Virus record (IMG/VR): IMGVR_UViG_3300046787_000408
Coordinates: 235,984 to 299,983 of that record
DNA: 64,000 nucleotides
Reading direction: 5' to 3' (one strand)
Shown: piece by piece, positions 50,384 to 57,595 of the stretch
How the letters are laid out: each line of letters begins with the position of its first letter
Position numbering within the stretch: the stretch's first letter is position 1
The notes under the pieces: generated by a model
What the model saw: the letters and a program-made list of their open reading frames with translations, nothing else
Database searches by the model: none
Told to the model about the DNA's origin: nothing
Program-made: the position numbers and the translations under genes

Positions 50384-50878
50384 TATTGCTGTATGAAGCA
50401 AAGAGAAAAGGATTCAAGACGCGGGGGCAGTGCCCGCCAGGTCCACCATAAGGAAGTTTGATGAGTCGTAGTAGTCCATGGTTAAGTAAAGATAGTCCAA
50501 AAACTCTCAAGGAGTTTTATATTGAACTACACCCAGATTGGGTAGAGATTGATGGTCAGTACTTAACTGAGGATAGATGGAACGACATCGAACCAGAGAT
50601 ACTGGTTGCCATGAAGCGAGAATATGTTAAGTGTTCTGAACTTCTTGGTTGGCAAGTTTCTTTATGATGGGCCTGACACAGGATCGATTGGGTCAAGAGT
50701 AACAGAGTGGACAGCACGGCATGCAATCACCGACACAAGATTCTGAATCAAGGCTAGTCTTTGGTAGTAGGAACGACTTGGAAAACGAAGTAAACAAATT
50801 AAACGCAAACGACTCACAGTTCGCATTGGCCGCCTAAACGTAGCCTAGGGTAAGACATACCTCGTAACAGAAACTCAA
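50384..50878 (+). ncRNA. ssrA: Circularly permuted (two-piece) tmRNA: acceptor piece ~50384-50448, coding piece ~50669-50878, tag (A)ANDSQFALAA at 50805-50837
   Basis: CAGGTCC-A-CCA precedes GGGCCTG (7-bp acceptor with G3:U70); GAC plus T-arm; TTGGGTC/GATTCAA and ACAGCA/TGCTGT helix 2; promoter TTGACA-18-TATAAT. Confidence 0.92.
50458..50667 (+). CDS. 69-aa ORF inside the tmRNA intervening segment
   Basis: SD TAAGGA right after the CCA; stop TGA ends one base before GGGCCTG. Confidence 0.55.
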   Translation: MMSRSSPWLSKDSPKTLKEFYIELHPDWVEIDGQYLTEDRWNDIEPEILVAMKREYVKCSELLGWQVSL

Positions 50879-50899
50879 GGGCCCACTTCGGTGGGTTTC
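50879..50899 (+). terminator. Hairpin after tmRNA
   Basis: GCCCAC-TTCG-GTGGGT followed by a short T tract. Confidence 0.55.
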
Positions 50900-50916
50900 C
50901 TACTGAAAGGACTACT

Positions 50917-51537
50917 ATGAAAAAACTACTATTCATTACCGCGTTGTTGGCATCTGCAGTCAACGCACAAACTATCGATAACTGGACTGCATCTGGCGCT
51001 CCAGTAAAAAACAGCACCAACTTGTGCTGGCGCGATGCTAACTGGACTCCGGCTACTGCCCATCCTGATTGCGACGGAGCACTCAAGCCTGCACCGGTCA
51101 AGGCAGTTGCACCTGTTGCAGTACCAGTAACTGTAACTCCAGCAACACCAGCACCTAGGGCGGCTGAAGCTCCCAGGCCCTTGGTAATCAAACACTCGTA
51201 TGCCGCTGACGCATTCTTTGACTTTGATCGTGCTGTGATCCGACCAGAAGGCAAGGCCAAGTTGGACGCCTTGGTTGCACAGATCAGCAAGATCACTTTG
51301 GAAGTCGTGATTGCTGTGGGACACACTGACAGCGTTGGTACAGATGCTTACAATCAAAAGCTAGGCGATCGTAGAGCACAAGCAGTCAAGGCCTACTTGA
51401 TCAGCCGAGGTGTTGAGCGCAATCGTGTGTACACTGAAAGCCGTGGCGAGAAGCAACCTGTAGCAGACAACAAGACTTCTGTGGGCAGGGCCAAGAATCG
51501 CAGGGTGGAAATTGAAGTAATTGGTACTACCAAATAA
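50917..51537 (+). CDS. ompA: OmpA-family protein
   Basis: Signal peptide; FFDFD, GHTDSVG, YNQKLGDRRA, NRRVEI; N-terminal CWRDANWTPATA..CDG. Confidence 0.9.
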   Translation: MKKLLFITALLASAVNAQTIDNWTASGAPVKNSTNLCWRDANWTPATAHPDCDGALKPAPVKAVAPVAVPVTVTPATPAPRAAEAPRPLVIKHSYAADAFFDFDRAVIRPEGKAKLDALVAQISKITLEVVIAVGHTDSVGTDAYNQKLGDRRAQAVKAYLISRGVERNRVYTESRGEKQPVADNKTSVGRAKNRRVEIEVIGTTK

Positions 51538-51544
51538 CACTAAC

Positions 51545-51571
51545 AAAAGCGCCCAAGGGCGCTTTTGTTTT
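51545..51571 (+). terminator. Intrinsic terminator
   Basis: AAAAGCGCCC-AA-GGGCGCTTTT-GTTTT. Confidence 0.8.
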
Positions 51572-51692
51572 GGGCAAAGTCTCAAACTTTCGTGTCAAAC
51601 ATGTGCGCACACGCACATGTTTTGTTAGATAACCACTGTATAATAGCAACATAAACAATCAGTTTATAAATCATTTTTAAAAGGAAAAAATA

Positions 51693-52592
51693 ATGACTAC
51701 AACAATCACCATCAAAGACAAAGCAGTAAACACCACATACCAAAACGTTACTGGATTAACAGGCGGCGCAGGCGTTGATGCAGTATTTGATGTAACCAAA
51801 ACCAACGGAACATATTCTGTTGTGCTCGACAGCTTGGCAGCAAGTGCTGGTACAGGCTATGTGGCTGGCGACACAATCACTCTTGCTGGCACAGCCCTGG
51901 GTGGTACAGTTGCCAACAACTTGATCGTTACAGTTGCCACAGTTGGTGCCGCAGGTAAAATTGCCACATTTGGTGTGGTAGGTACAGGTCGTGTTGGCGA
52001 CGGTACAGTTGACGTTGCGGTTGATGTTACTGGTACCGAAGGCGTTGACACCTACACATTTGGGGGCTCCAGCACAGAATTCACTGTGACCAAGGCCGCA
52101 GACAAGATCACAGCAGCCAGCACCCTGGCTACCAATGTTTCATACACTCTTGAAGATCACGAGCGTGTGGTGTTCACAGACAAGGCCATTGCTTATGATG
52201 CTGACGGTCGTGCAGGTGATGTATATGCATTGTTAGCTGCCGCTTTGGGCACAGCAGATGTTACTGATGCGTATACTGGAATTGGTATCCATCTTGCTGA
52301 CGCTGGTTGGACCAACAAGCAATTGGCAGAAGCCTTGTTGGCCACAGACACTTACAAAACTGATGCTGGCGGCGTAAGCACAGAAACTTTCATCAAGCAC
52401 GTTTACAAAAACGTCACAGGTACTGACGCTACATTAGCTGATGTTACCGAACTTACCAATTGGATGAACGGTAACCAGTACAGCCAAGCTGATGTGTTGG
52501 TGATTGCTAGCGAGTTGGCCAGCTTTGAAACTGCTATTGGCTTGACTGGTCTTGCCACTACAGGCATTGACTACACGCCATTTGTTGCCTAA
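51693..52592 (+). CDS. Thr/Gly/Ala-rich protein with C-terminal DUF4214/S-layer-like domain
   Basis: LAEALL...STETFIKHVYKNVTG; SD AAGGA. Confidence 0.6.
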   Translation: MTTTITIKDKAVNTTYQNVTGLTGGAGVDAVFDVTKTNGTYSVVLDSLAASAGTGYVAGDTITLAGTALGGTVANNLIVTVATVGAAGKIATFGVVGTGRVGDGTVDVAVDVTGTEGVDTYTFGGSSTEFTVTKAADKITAASTLATNVSYTLEDHERVVFTDKAIAYDADGRAGDVYALLAAALGTADVTDAYTGIGIHLADAGWTNKQLAEALLATDTYKTDAGGVSTETFIKHVYKNVTGTDATLADVTELTNWMNGNQYSQADVLVIASELASFETAIGLTGLATTGIDYTPFVA

Positions 52593-52651
52593 ATTGACAA
52601 AAAGAGCAACAAAATATTTGACTTTTGTTGCTCTGTCATATATACTACACT

Positions 52652-52750
52652 ATGATGACAGCAATCGCAATCACGTTTAAAAACATACCTGCCAATTATG
52701 AGCAGGCCTATGAGCGCGATTGTATCTCGGGGCTTTGTCGTTGTAGTTAA
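52652..52750 (+). CDS. Leader peptide 1 (MMTAIAITFKNIPANYEQAYERDCISGLCRCS)
   Basis: ATG at the predicted +1 of TTGACT-17-TATACT (52618-52646); stop lies in the loop of the antiterminator hairpin. Confidence 0.6.
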   Translation: MMTAIAITFKNIPANYEQAYERDCISGLCRCS

Positions 52751-52800
52751 CAAAAGTACTACATTCTACAAAGACCCGCACATGATGCGGGTTTTTCTTT
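52728..52800 (+). terminator. Attenuator 1 (antiterminator/terminator)
   Basis: CGGGGCTTTGT/ACAAAGACCCG and TGTAGT/ACTACA versus ACCCGCA-CATGA-TGCGGGT-TTTTCTTT. Confidence 0.7.
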
Positions 52801-52806
52801 ATGTAC

Positions 52807-53029
52807 TAGACCAATAATTGAAAGAGTGTTACAATAGAAACAAGTTAGAGATACAGCGAAGTTTGCAAAGACCCTACAGTGATGCGGGGCTTTTGCAAAA
52901 CAAGTTGACCAGTATTGCACATCGTGTTATACTAGAGGCTAGTTAGGAAGAACAACAACTGCTCCGGAAACGGTAGCACTGCTAGAAGACACAGAAGCAG
53001 TTGACAAATATTCCCAACAGTGTTATAAT
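52807..53029 (+). promoter_or_regulatory. Three tandem sigma70-like promoters
   Basis: TAGACC-17-TACAAT, TTGACC-17-TATACT, TTGACA-17-TATAAT. Confidence 0.75.
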
Positions 53030-53380
53030 AAACACTTAGCAACAAACGATCGAGTAGTTGCGTAGAATTCCTTAAAAATTTACATGTATGATTACCCGGC
53101 AAGACAACACTTGACACGATTTTGATGTTCGGTGATAACAGTCCGTAATGCTGTGAAGCAAAACGTAGCCGGGGATCATATAAAAATGCACATTAGTTAG
53201 AAAGTCCAGCTAAGTTGAGCGTCCCCTGTAAAACGGGGAAAGAGCTAGAATTGCAGGTTAGTATTGCTTTTGTGTGTTTTTATATGATTTTTGATGCACT
53301 ACTTGCCTGAGCGAAAAACTCGTGGTAAACTACAAGAGACAGAGGGTTCGAATCCCTGGGACTGGTAGTGTGTCTTTTAT

Positions 53381-53455
53381 ACTGGGTTCGTCTATCGGTT
53401 AGGACATCAGGTTTTCAACCTGAGAAGACGGGTTCGACTCCCGTACCCAGTACCA
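53381..53455 (+). tRNA. tRNA-Glu(TTC)
   Basis: Cloverleaf; loop TTTTCAA; CCA. Confidence 0.9.
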
Positions 53456-53519
53456 AGTTTATGAGTTCGTCTAGAAACCGGTAAATTGTAGTTTAGTCTA
53501 CAAGCTCGTAATTGATCAT

Positions 53520-53594
53520 GGTGCGTTCATATAATGGTCATTATCCTGGATTGTCTATCCAGAGACGGGAGTTCGATTCTCCCACGCATCGCCA
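53520..53594 (+). tRNA. tRNA-Asp(GTC)
   Basis: Cloverleaf; loop TTGTCTA; GCCA. Confidence 0.9.
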
Positions 53595-53601
53595 AGTTAC
53601 T

Positions 53602-53690
53602 GGATCTTGTTCCCCATTGCCGGCTGTAACCCGGTAGGCATTGTCAAGTGGGGTGGTTGCCAAGTAGTTCGATTCTATCAAGATCCACCA
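53602..53690 (+). ncRNA. Non-canonical tRNA-Tyr(GTA)-like RNA
   Basis: 8-bp acceptor GGATCTTG/CAAGATCC, 4-bp T stem, ACCA; GCCGG-CTGTAAC-CCGGT arm; no normal D arm. Confidence 0.55.
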
Positions 53691-53766
53691 GTTTTATAGG
53701 AGAGTCGCTGCGAAGCGAATTCTTAAACGACCCGTAGAACTCCCGGGCGTCCTGTAGTTAGTATAT

Positions 53767-53851
53767 GGAGAATCCGCCGCAATGGTGTGGCAGGGGACTG
53801 TAAATCCTCCGACTTAGGTCATGACTGGTTCGATCCCAGTATTCTCCACCA
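53767..53851 (+). tRNA. tRNA-Tyr(GTA)
   Basis: Cloverleaf with variable arm; loop CTGTAAA. Confidence 0.9.
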
Positions 53852-53857
53852 ATTTTT

Positions 53858-53997
53858 GTGGTAAGTTTGGTTGACAGGCTATTTGACTGTATGCGTAGCA
53901 GGATTGCAAACCCGAGGGGCATATGGCGATGGGAAGTGATATCACCCGTTTGTAAAAACAGATAGCTAGGCAGGTTCGAATCCTGTTTACTACACCA
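53858..53997 (+). ncRNA. Expanded (140 nt) tRNA-like RNA with Cys(GCA)-like loop
   Basis: GTGGTAA/TTACTAC acceptor, GCAGG-TTCGAAT-CCTGT T arm, ACCA; internal TTGCAAA loop. Confidence 0.5.
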
Positions 53998-54099
53998 AGT
54001 TTATGTCTGGGTCTGACATGGTGTTTCTGATGCGATTGATCACGCAAAGGAGAATGTGGCTCGATACCACGCCCGGCGCCAAATACTAAGGCAATAACA

Positions 54100-54282
54100 A
54101 GTACTAGAGTAGATGGAAACCGACCCATGCGAGACTGCGTGGGCTTCACACTTAGAATGTGACGATGCGAAAGTAAGTCGGTCCAGTAGGGTAAGGAAAA
54201 GTGTTGCTGGCGGAAAAAGCTGCTACCAGACAGAAGTTAAGCGGGCCTAGGCTGACAGTTTAACGCCGTGTACTCTGGAACT
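54100..54282 (+). ncRNA. Orphan structured RNA
   Basis: Closing stem CTAGAGTA/TACTCTGG; internal ACCGAC/GTCGGT and CCCATGC/GCGTGGG. Confidence 0.4.
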
Positions 54283-54351
54283 AATTTATGCTCTATTAGC
54301 TCAATTGGGAGAGGAAAGTAGAGCACGGACTAAATATAGTAGAGGTCTACT

Positions 54352-54741
54352 ATGTTAAAAATTTTTAAATGTCTTTACTGTCAAAAAGAAAATCCGTGCA
54401 AAAAGAATCACATGCACAAGTACTGCAATAATATGTGTCAGAGATTGCACAGCATTACCGAAGCGATGAATGGTGATTCTCCCACTAAAGGAGTTGCACA
54501 AAACTATATGCGGAAATTTGTTGAATACAAATGTGTACATTGTGGAATAGGTTCTGAGTACAACGATAAACCTATAACATTGCAAATTGATCATATTAAT
54601 GGAGTTCGGACTGATCACAGAAAAGTAAATCTGCGATGGTTATGCCCGAATTGTCATTCCCAAACTGAGACTTGGGGATATAAGAATGTTTCAGATGAAG
54701 GTAAACGCAAAATACAACTTGCGTTAAACGGTAAGAAATAG
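54352..54741 (+). CDS. HNH endonuclease (free-standing, homing-type)
   Basis: CVHC...LQIDHING...NLRWLCPNCHSQT; AT-rich; inside the tRNA array. Confidence 0.9.
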   Translation: MLKIFKCLYCQKENPCKKNHMHKYCNNMCQRLHSITEAMNGDSPTKGVAQNYMRKFVEYKCVHCGIGSEYNDKPITLQIDHINGVRTDHRKVNLRWLCPNCHSQTETWGYKNVSDEGKRKIQLALNGKK

Positions 54742-54815
54742 GTCTCAAAGTGTTCATGGACGCACACAACACTGTCACTGTTGAAGAAGGGGATCGTTAC
54801 CCCTTGAGACCGCCA
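54741..54815 (+). tRNA. tRNA-Asp(GTC), second copy
   Basis: Loop CTGTCAC; atypical T loop ATCGTTA. Confidence 0.85.
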
Positions 54816-54822
54816 AGTTAAT

Positions 54823-54900
54823 GGGCGATGACTGTTGTAAAGGATAACAGGCGGCAGTAACTCTGCCGTGACAGTGGTTCGATTCCACTATCGTCCACCA
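54823..54900 (+). ncRNA. tRNA-like RNA with Ala-type acceptor (G3:U70, A73)
   Basis: GGGCGAT/ATCGTCC-A-CCA; T arm AGTGG-TTCGATT-CCACT; 7-bp arm with 5-nt loop instead of a normal anticodon arm. Confidence 0.6.
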
Positions 54901-54907
54901 TGAATAT

Positions 54908-55016
54908 GGGTTGTCAAGGAAGGTCACATGCACGGTGAGTAGCCGTAGGAGCATTATCGAGTGTGCGCCACCGCACTCTTGGTCAGACATGGGTTCAAGT
55001 CCCATACAATCCACCA
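54908..55016 (+). ncRNA. 109-nt tRNA-like RNA with Ala-type acceptor
   Basis: GGGTTGT/ACAATCC-A-CCA; GAC plus ATGGG-TTCAAGT-CCCAT. Confidence 0.55.
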
Positions 55017-55020
55017 AGTT

Positions 55021-55242
55021 TTGTTGTAGTGTTAGCAAGTGAAGTCACGCTAGCGAGGTTTCTTCGAAGGACCGAGTCAGTAGAAGGTTGCGGGTTCGAT
55101 GCCCGACTGGTCGCTTGAGTGGGACTGGTATACATGATGGCGTATCAACTGGATGAATCTCAAGTAACGTACCGAGTCCTAGCCCGGGCTATATGCAAAT
55201 AGGTGAATGGTGTCAATAACGATGGTGACACTACTGCAACAA
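55021..55242 (+). ncRNA. Orphan structured RNA
   Basis: Closing stem GTAGTGTTA/TGACACTAC; internal T-loop hairpin CGGG-TTCGATG-CCCG. Confidence 0.4.
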
Positions 55243-55251
55243 ATTCAACAT

Positions 55252-55326
55252 GTCGCATTAGACTTCTGGTGAGGTCATCACCCTTTCAAGGTGACCAGAC
55301 GGGATCGTAACCCGTATGCGACTCCA
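55252..55326 (+). tRNA. tRNA-Glu(TTC), second copy
   Basis: Loop CTTTCAA; T loop ATCGTAA. Confidence 0.85.
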
Positions 55327-55421
55327 TTGATAAACACACTTACAGATCCGCCCGAGTAGTAAGGGAGACAGCGACTAACCGTTGAAGGACTGTTTAAAAG
55401 TGTGTTTTTCAATGGAACAAT

Positions 55422-55513
55422 GCCCCTATAGTTTAATGGTAAAACGGCGGATTTATATCCCGTAAGCAACAGATAATTGGTTCATCTGGGTTCAATTCCC
55501 GGTGGGGGTACCA
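55422..55513 (+). tRNA. tRNA-Ile(TAT) with long variable region
   Basis: Loop TTTATAT; ~22-nt variable region; ACCA. Confidence 0.7.
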
Positions 55514-55520
55514 AAAAGTT

Positions 55521-55708
55521 AAGCTGGCCTGCCTGCGTCTAAAACTCAATGACGATGGGCCCAACTACCAGGGACTCCAGTTGATCCACTGCCTCTGGGG
55601 ATTAAGTTGCCATGACTGCTAGTCACAGTCGAACCATGTTGGTGGAAGGAAGGGAGTGCAGTGATGTATTCCGTACCTTTAAACGCAGGGTAGTAGGCGG
55701 ATCAGTTT
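55521..55708 (+). ncRNA. Orphan ~190-nt rod-like RNA (6S-like size and shape, unverified)
   Basis: CCTGCGTCTAAA/TTTAAACGCAGG closing helix. Confidence 0.35.
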
Positions 55709-55783
55709 ATCCAATTTGTGTTGACAAGCAATGTTGTTTGTCATACAATAGATACTTAGACAGTAACAAAAGTCTTTAAACAC

Positions 55784-55876
55784 ATGCACATCAAGGCGCC
55801 GTACACGCCGATGATATGTGGTATTCAGCACTGCCACTGGCAGTGTGAGGCAGGTTCGAATCCTGTATAGTGTGCA
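55784..55876 (+). ncRNA. tRNA-like RNA without CCA, with its own promoter
   Basis: TGCACAT/GTGTGCA stem; GCAGG-TTCGAAT-CCTGT; promoter TTGACA-17-TACAAT (55721-55749). Confidence 0.4.
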
Positions 55877-55939
55877 GTTGTTTACAGATTTGGTAAAATT
55901 AGTTGTTGACAAGTTCAACAATTGATGTTACAATAAGAT

Positions 55940-56828
55940 TCCGGGGCAGTTTAATGTCCTACTAGGTAGCTTGCTATCTAGTGAAGAATAAGCTGAGTGA
56001 TCAGCCCAAAGGAGGTATGCCTACATAACTCCGCCAGCAATGGTTCGTTTAGACAAGCCTGCTCAGACTCGCGAGAGTCCCTTTACTGATAAGACCGGTG
56101 GAGGTAACAATGACGCTGGATGTTGTGGAAAGAACGTTTGCTTACCGGCCCGCAAGGGTAACCGGAGCAGATGGAAAGTAACAGGTGGTGCTGACTTCAC
56201 AACTAAACCAGTCCAGTTAATTGGTATGAGAAAGGGTAGTGTATTTGTCCGAGGTGTTGCAACCAAGGGCTCGTATGCAGTTTGAGTGGTTGGTGGATTG
56301 GCAGCAATGTCAAGACGCAGATCGCAAAAGACGACTGAGTAGTTCGCAAGACGAAAGGTACGTGGTGTGTTGTATTGTGTATTCCAAAAGAGTATGCAGC
56401 AACTGAGTCAGCACATCGCAGTAGGTTGTTATAAGCTAATGGTAAGCTAACTCCCTGTTAAGGAGTCGACTGCGGGTTCAACTCCCGCTAACGATTAAAA
56501 TGCAAAGACTGACTCGGTCGTATGTGAAAAGCATCTAATACTTGAGGCGCAAGCTAATCAAGTCAGACGTAACTCGCAAGGTGAAATCTGTTTATGCTGG
56601 AAGTTTCGTAAGGTGTTAGCGCACTTGAATGGCTCGCAAGGTCAACGGGATAGATGGCGTAGAATAGCATACGGCGACAAGACTACTGCCTGTCTTTAAA
56701 AACGGCGATGCTGATAGCAGACATGGATACCTGGCAACAGGGCTGTGTGGAAGTCGAGAGAAAGCTGGCTCGCAAGGCTGGTAATAATGCTCGAGGTGCT
56801 ATTGGGAGAGATGTATTCTCAGTCCTCC
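55940..56828 (+). ncRNA. GOLLD-like large ornate RNA
   Basis: ~890 nt without a credible ORF; promoter TTGACA-17-TACAAT (55906-55934); at least six CGCAAG-capped hairpins; lies in a phage tRNA array; contains an embedded tRNA. Confidence 0.75.
56425..56495 (+). tRNA. tRNA-Asn(GTT)-like domain embedded in the large RNA (no CCA)
   Basis: GTTGTTA/TAACGAT; AGCT-AATGGTA-AGCT; ACTCC-CTGTTAA-GGAGT; GCGGG-TTCAACT-CCCGC. Confidence 0.75.
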
Positions 56829-56933
56829 ACTATTCTAAAACACATTACATGCACAATGGGTAGACATGGTAGTATTGCTTGTGATACAGCAGTATAACGC
56901 TGTGGTAGTGTATTTCAGAATGGTAAATAATTG

Positions 56934-57007
56934 CGCGGGTAGGGTGGTCACCACACCGGTCTCATAAGCCAGGTGCATCGGCAGTTCAAATCTGTCACCC
57001 GCATCCA
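56934..57007 (+). tRNA. tRNA-fMet-like (CAT), degenerate D arm
   Basis: C1:A72 mismatch; loop CTCATAA; CCA. Confidence 0.65.
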
Positions 57008-57139
57008 AATTCGTAGTTTTTCAGCATGTGGTATAAATACAACACTGAAAAACATTTAGTGGTTGACAACAATCACTAAGTAAAGTATAATTAACACTTG
57101 AACAGCAACAAAGCTGTTTGAGTAACCCAAGGAAACAAA

Positions 57140-57271
57140 ATGACTTCTATTACTTGTTCACTGTTAACCAAACAAATGCTCCAGGCGACACAAACCTGGT
57201 CGCACGCCTTTGGTCGCGTGAATAGTATTCCGGGAGTCTCAGGGTCTTGTGAAGGTGGTGGTTACGCATAA
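57140..57271 (+). CDS. Leader peptide 2 (MTSITCSLLTKQMLQATQTWSHAFGRVNSIPGVSGSCEGGGYA)
   Basis: Promoter TTGACA-17-TATAAT (57063-57091); SD AAGGA; stop in the antiterminator loop. Confidence 0.7.
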   Translation: MTSITCSLLTKQMLQATQTWSHAFGRVNSIPGVSGSCEGGGYA

Positions 57272-57329
57272 TAGCAGTAACTAACAAACTCAAAAGACCC
57301 TGGAACTAAAAACTCCAGGGTTTTTCTTT
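57240..57329 (+). terminator. Attenuator 2 (antiterminator/terminator)
   Basis: CAGGGTCTT/AAGACCCTG and GGTTAC/GTAACT versus CCCTGGA/TCCAGGG-TTTTTCTTT. Confidence 0.75.
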
Positions 57330-57511
57330 ATGTGTAATGAGTAACGAGGACTCAGCCAGCACACTAAACTAGGCAAACGGGCGGACAGGACACATGAACG
57401 TGTGGTGAGAACACACTAGTAAGACTCCTGGTCGGGGTATCAACCCCGTCATGTGGTGTAGCAATACACTGCATTCTAAAACACACTTGCTGAGTATGTT
57501 TTAGAATGTAT

Positions 57512-57586
57512 GGGCTGTTAGTGATAGTGGTAGCACAGTGGCTTTGCAAGCCTCGGGCAGGAGTTCGATTCTCCTACGGTCCACCA
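57512..57586 (+). tRNA. tRNA-Ala(TGC)
   Basis: G3:U70; loop TTTGCAA. Confidence 0.88.
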
Positions 57587-57595
57587 TATGTTAAT

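Noticed and set aside
56040-56285. 81-aa ORF and the antisense ORFs across the RNA island
   Set aside because: They lie inside the large structured RNA or antisense to tRNAs, lack an SD, and have no protein-like features.
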